In this document: positions 59,632 to 64,000 of the stretch, in pieces | How positions within the stretch are numbered: position 1 is the stretch's first letter | How the letters are laid out: the number at the start of each line of letters is the position of its first letter | Assembly (NCBI GenBank): GCA_009392915.1 | Contig: CP045477.1 | Coordinates: 288,001 to 352,000 of the forward strand | Source of the DNA: Candidatus Forterrea multitransposorum CG_2015-17_Forterrea_25_41 | GTDB taxonomy: Archaea > Iainarchaeota > Iainarchaeia > Iainarchaeales > CSSED10-239 | Direction of reading: 5' to 3' | DNA: 64,000 nt | Program-made: the position numbers and the translations under genes | The notes under the pieces: model-generated | Database searches by the model: none | Seen by the model: the letters and a program-made list of their open reading frames with translations, nothing else | Told to the model about the DNA's origin: nothing

Positions 59632-62600
59632 ATGAAAACAAAAAGACTTTGGGCAATATTTTTTTTAATATTAATGATAAATGGAGTTTTTGCATCTACA
59701 ATAGATCCAAACAGAGTATTTTCAACTGAAGATACATCTTATTATTTTGATGATGCTATTCCAATTAATTATACAGATGAACCTATAAACTATACTCAAG
59801 ATAAAGTTATTTCAGAATGTTACACAGAAGAGCTTTCTCCTGAAGCTGTAGAAAATATTTGGAATGAGATTTTAGTTAATGGTTTTAAAGCTGATTTAAT
59901 AACAAGTGATCAACCTGCAAACTTAAATAGAGAAACATTAAAAGCAAATGAAGTTATAATTACAGACAAAGATACAAAATCAGGAGATGTTGTAGGAAAA
60001 ACAGAAATTCCTGATAAAATAATGGATCCTTTAGAAGTTCCAACTATTTTAGGTCAAGTATGTTATGGTCCTTTTTCAAGTGGACTTGATCTTGATAGTA
60101 CCCTAAGAGTTGGAAGATGTGCTGGTGGAGACCAAGCAGCTTGTTATCTTGAAGGAGAAGGATTATTTAGACAAAATGGAAGTTATGGTTTTATTGATCA
60201 AACTTTTTCTGTAAGTAAAGATTTTTTAGATATGTTAGGTCTTAAAAAATTAGAAGAAGTTTCAAATGAATTAATTGACCCAGAGTTAGATTATGATACA
60301 AATGTTGATTTAGGTTTATTTTCTGATATGTCTTATGAAGAACTTGCAGAGTTTAGAAAAAGTCAATTTCAAGATAGTAATTTAACTGAAATAGATATTA
60401 AAAAAATGGAATTAGTTTTAGATAAAGCTATTGAAAACAGTATGTTTACTGATTCTTTTAATGCAAGTATGGAAAGCACTTGTAATTCTGATAATTGTTA
60501 TATTAACATGTATTCTCTTTTTGACAAAGTTTTTAATCAATATTATTCTGCTGATATGGTATTTACTTCAGCATCTCCTGTTCTTTGGAAATTTACTGGA
60601 AAAATATTTAGAAATGTACCAAATAAACTTGGAGCTCAAAAATTAATTGCATCTGATAAGATTGGTGGAATAAGAGGTAAAAATGGTTTTTTAGATAATT
60701 TTTTAAATAAAGATATGAGTGCAGTAAGTTCTGCAGTACAAACCTATAAATATTCAAAGATTACAAAAAACATTGATGATTATGCTGCTAAACTTGCAAA
60801 AAGTAATGACAATATAATCAAGAATATTAATAGATATAACATGAAACCAGAGTTTGATAAATATGTAAATGCTTTAAACTCTAAAAAGAATGCAGACACA
60901 ATTAAAAATGAATTCTTTAAAGATGGAGCTTTTGCAAAAATGAATAAACCTCAACAAAGAGTGTTCATGGAATCTGTTCTTGAATATCAAAACAATATTA
61001 GAACAGTTAGAATGGTACAAGATTTTACAACTGATAATTTAAAAAATACTTTAAAAGAACCTCTTGAAAATTTATTTAATAAATCTAAAACAATGGAAGA
61101 CTTTTATCAATCTTTAACAAAAGAAGAATATGATCTTTTACTTGAAGAAACAAAAAGATTAAATGGTCTTAATAAATCATTTTCAACATTTACTGAAAAT
61201 AAATTTAAATGGGATGATGGTGCTGATAATATCACTCTTTTAAAAGAAAGAGGAAAAATAATTAATGATGAAGAAGTTTTATTAAATAAAGTAAGACTTA
61301 AAAATGAAGTAACTTCAACAGAACTTACAGGATCTTCTAAATTTGGAGATATTATTTCTGAAAATAAAGTTTCTCCTTTCCAAACTAAAAAAATAACTGT
61401 TAATTTTAAAGATGGTCCAAGTGAGGTTGAAGTAATTATTCCTTTTAAAGAAAAAATAAGTGATACTTCAACTATGCTTAATTATAATGATATAATATAT
61501 AACAAAAAACCAGATGTATTAATAGAATATGTTGCAAAAGATGGAACTGCAAAAAAAGTGAGAGGCTCTGTAATTGATATTGGAGATGTTGATCCTGGTA
61601 AACAAATAAATATGAGAGATATTAAAGATACTGCAGTTCCTGATGCAGAACTTTCAAAATATGGAATTAATCCTTTAGAAGTATCTTATGGTTATTTACA
61701 AGAACTTGGAATTAAAAAAATAAAAGATGCAGAAATAGTAACTGATGGTGTCGTAAGTGTTTTAAAAGACCAAGGATGGAGTACAGGAAGAGGATTAAGT
61801 TATATAAATCAAAGAATGAAACAACAAACTGTAACTCAATGGGATAAAAGAGGATTTAATATAATGTCAGATTCTGCAAAAGCTTATCTTTATAATTTTG
61901 GATATTGGCAATTTAAAACAGCTGGTTCAACTATATTTGGTGGAGCTTTTGATAGATATAGTATGTTTAGAATACCAGAAACATATACTTCTATTATTTT
62001 TAAACATGGTGAAAGTGGAGATATATACAATGATTCTTATATAGATTTCTTTGCAAATGATGGTTCTGATCAAGGAGATCTTTTTATGGATTATTTTAAT
62101 TCAATTATATTTTGGATGGTAAATCTTCCTAAAGGTGCTTTAGAAAACACAGAGTGGGAAACAACACAAGGTTTTTCAAACTGGATAACAGAACTAACTG
62201 AAGGACATATAAGAAGAAGTTCTACAGATAATATTGCAATATTAACTGATGCAATGAACAATAATTGTTCAACAACTTCTTGTCATATAAAAGTTGGAGA
62301 CTCTTCTCTTCTTGAAGAAGTTACAAGAAGTAAATCTATGGATGCAAATAATTCAACATCTACAAGTCTTAAGAAAAATATTGAAGTTAATTATGCAACT
62401 GGAAATGCAATAAAAACAACAAGTTATATTTTAGAAAACACAAGTGAAGAAAACTTTGAAGAAGAAGGACAAACATTAATTGCATTTTCTCATCATACAG
62501 ATTATGATGGTTCTCTTGCAGGTTTTAACTCTACAGATTCAGTAAATCTTTTACAATCAATTAACGAAGAAGAAACTTGTTCTGATAAACTTAAAAATTT

Positions 62601-64000
62601 AGAAGTCATGGGAATACCAATAGGTTGGACAAACCAAATAACAGGAAAATCATATAGAGCAGGTGCTGTTGCAGCTGGTTTTTCAAATATTGTTTATTAT
62701 TCTTTAAGTGTTCCTCAACACAGAGTAGTTTTAGGAGCAATTTTTGGTGATATTTTACCACAAGTTGTAATTGTTCCAGAAATTTATAATTGTGTAGATC
62801 ATGAAGAAGGTTATTATTCACATTTCTTTGTTGCCTCTGAAGAATATGAAAGAATTGAAAAAGATCCAAAAAATAAAGTTGGAGATGCAATTTCAAAAGG
62901 AGCAGATTCTGTTGAAAAGAGTTTAACAAATATTACAAAGAACACAGAACTTCAAGAATCAATTTCAAAAACAACACAAGAAGTAAAACAATTTGCTGAA
63001 ACTGAAATTAAAGATAATCCAATTATGCAATCAAGAATAGAAACACAAGGTAATACTTCTGGATCAATGAATGCTAAACTTTTCTTCCTTGAAATTGGAG
63101 AAAGTTCAATGTGTAGAGCAAGTGGTTATAATGATAAAGGTGTTGAACATTTAGTTGATTCTAAAACAGGAGAAACTTTAGTTGTTGATAAAGAAGAAGG
63201 TGTTGTTGAAATTGTTGATAAAGATGGAAATGTTAAAGAAATAATTTCTTCAAAAAATAAAGATTGGGTAAGACTAATGGCAACTAACTTAGGAATTCCT
63301 GCAAAAGTAATTCCTCATAGTCTTTCATATATCCCTGTACCTGACACAAATACTCCTTTGTTTAATATTGATGTTTATGGTAATCTAAAGATAGATGATG
63401 CTGAATTTTTAAGTTGTTTAAAAAGAAATTACTATGAACAAACTGGTCTTGAAATGAGTGGTAATACTTTAACAGAATATTTAGGTTCTGTAAAACAAGT
63501 AATCACAACAAATAATTTAAACCCAGATAGTCAATATGACATAATACCAAAAGGAATGAATAGTTCAGCAGAAATAATAGCAGAAGGAACTCCAAGAAAA
63601 ATAGCTTCTGGTGAATCTGCAAGAATAAATGTTCTAGGAAACAGAACTACAAAATTATATCCTATTGAAGGAAAAGAAGTCACTCTTGGTAAAAATATTT
63701 CTGTTCAATTTGAAAGAGGACAATTAATCTATAATGGAGAAAAGAATAGTTATATTATGTGGGTTGAACAAACCTATGTAATGCATCAATCTGAAATAAA
63801 AGGAATGGATGTTGATCCTATAAAAGAAACTAATCCTGAAACTGGTTGTGAAGAAGATGCCTTTGAAATTAGTGTTTCACCAGATACTTCTAACCCTGAA
63901 GCTGTTAAAAAGTCAGAAAATATGAATAAAGCTTTAGAAAAAGTTGGACCATTTAAGATGTTTGATACACCTACAAAAACATTTATTTTCTATACAACAG
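59632..64000 (+). CDS. giant secreted/cell-surface protein, at least 1456 aa (3' end beyond window)
   Basis: ATG at 59632 after AAAGAGAAAC. Signal peptide MKTKRLWAIFFLILMINGVFAS. Frame 1 is open without a stop to the window edge by manual translation. The protein is Cys-containing and Asn/Thr-rich. It is absent from the ORF track only because it lacks a stop in the window. Confidence 0.7.
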   Translation, partial: MKTKRLWAIFFLILMINGVFASTIDPNRVFSTEDTSYYFDDAIPINYTDEPINYTQDKVISECYTEELSPEAVENIWNEILVNGFKADLITSDQPANLNRETLKANEVIITDKDTKSGDVVGKTEIPDKIMDPLEVPTILGQVCYGPFSSGLDLDSTLRVGRCAGGDQAACYLEGEGLFRQNGSYGFIDQTFSVSKDFLDMLGLKKLEEVSNELIDPELDYDTNVDLGLFSDMSYEELAEFRKSQFQDSNLTEIDIKKMELVLDKAIENSMFTDSFNASMESTCNSDNCYINMYSLFDKVFNQYYSADMVFTSASPVLWKFTGKIFRNVPNKLGAQKLIASDKIGGIRGKNGFLDNFLNKDMSAVSSAVQTYKYSKITKNIDDYAAKLAKSNDNIIKNINRYNMKPEFDKYVNALNSKKNADTIKNEFFKDGAFAKMNKPQQRVFMESVLEYQNNIRTVRMVQDFTTDNLKNTLKEPLENLFNKSKTMEDFYQSLTKEEYDLLLEETKRLNGLNKSFSTFTENKFKWDDGADNITLLKERGKIINDEEVLLNKVRLKNEVTSTELTGSSKFGDIISENKVSPFQTKKITVNFKDGPSEVEVIIPFKEKISDTSTMLNYNDIIYNKKPDVLIEYVAKDGTAKKVRGSVIDIGDVDPGKQINMRDIKDTAVPDAELSKYGINPLEVSYGYLQELGIKKIKDAEIVTDGVVSVLKDQGWSTGRGLSYINQRMKQQTVTQWDKRGFNIMSDSAKAYLYNFGYWQFKTAGSTIFGGAFDRYSMFRIPETYTSIIFKHGESGDIYNDSYIDFFANDGSDQGDLFMDYFNSIIFWMVNLPKGALENTEWETTQGFSNWITELTEGHIRRSSTDNIAILTDAMNNNCSTTSCHIKVGDSSLLEEVTRSKSMDANNSTSTSLKKNIEVNYATGNAIKTTSYILENTSEENFEEEGQTLIAFSHHTDYDGSLAGFNSTDSVNLLQSINEEETCSDKLKNLEVMGIPIGWTNQITGKSYRAGAVAAGFSNIVYYSLSVPQHRVVLGAIFGDILPQVVIVPEIYNCVDHEEGYYSHFFVASEEYERIEKDPKNKVGDAISKGADSVEKSLTNITKNTELQESISKTTQEVKQFAETEIKDNPIMQSRIETQGNTSGSMNAKLFFLEIGESSMCRASGYNDKGVEHLVDSKTGETLVVDKEEGVVEIVDKDGNVKEIISSKNKDWVRLMATNLGIPAKVIPHSLSYIPVPDTNTPLFNIDVYGNLKIDDAEFLSCLKRNYYEQTGLEMSGNTLTEYLGSVKQVITTNNLNPDSQYDIIPKGMNSSAEIIAEGTPRKIASGESARINVLGNRTTKLYPIEGKEVTLGKNISVQFERGQLIYNGEKNSYIMWVEQTYVMHQSEIKGMDVDPIKETNPETGCEEDAFEISVSPDTSNPEAVKKSENMNKALEKVGPFKMFDTPTKTFIFYTT

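Noticed and set aside
60431-60646. 71-aa plus-strand ORF
   Set aside because: It is in a different frame inside the giant secreted-protein ORF.
62606-62929. 107-aa minus-strand ORF
   Set aside because: Antisense to the giant ORF.

Overview
This is a very AT-rich (about 25-28% GC) archaeal chromosome segment with dense coding on both strands. The first 16 kb is the conserved archaeal transcription/translation cluster: rpoH, split rpoB''/rpoB', rpoA'/rpoA'', rpl30e, rps12, rps7 and fusA (aEF-2). This cluster departs from the usual archaeal order in three ways. No recognisable NusA sits after L30e, where an 86-aa basic ORF is found instead. Two unrelated genes lie between rpsG and fusA. The cluster ends with a lysine/alanine-rich H1-like tandem-repeat protein rather than tuf/rpsJ. 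Flanking it are a 5'-truncated ATP-dependent DNA ligase, a flavodoxin-like NAD(P)H oxidoreductase and a KaiC-like ATPase. The middle of the window encodes a full-length DXR-like protein that appears to have lost catalytic residues, an archaeal-type D-aminoacyl-tRNA deacylase, a split RND/MMPL-like exporter, a CARDB-repeat surface protein and a minimal 2-TM K+ channel. It also carries an ABC-2 transporter, an XRE regulator with a membrane partner, an APH-like kinase, a stand-alone FlaI/VirB11-type secretion ATPase, a His-phosphatase, an HExxH protein and a VapBC pair. An unusual ~1-kb gene-free stretch with inverted and direct repeats adjoins the VapBC pair. Further genes include AlkD-like repair, a GltP-family symporter, ICMT, an AI-2E transporter, a U32 peptidase, a uracil permease, a CofE-like protein next to a nitroreductase, and a ferredoxin abutting an endonuclease-IV-like gene. 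The last 12 kb holds a type-IV-pilus-like locus: a two-domain FlaJ/TadC-like platform protein followed by seven consecutive, partly Cys-rich, pilin-like genes with class III signal peptides. After it come an acidic K/E-rich protein, a membrane protein and a giant secreted protein of at least 1456 aa that runs off the window end. I saw no rRNA, tRNA or CRISPR array. The gene content and compactness suggest a DPANN-like or other small-genome archaeon, but that is an inference. Several ORF-track starts use GTG/TTG, and I moved some of them to a nearby ATG preceded by a Shine-Dalgarno-like motif.
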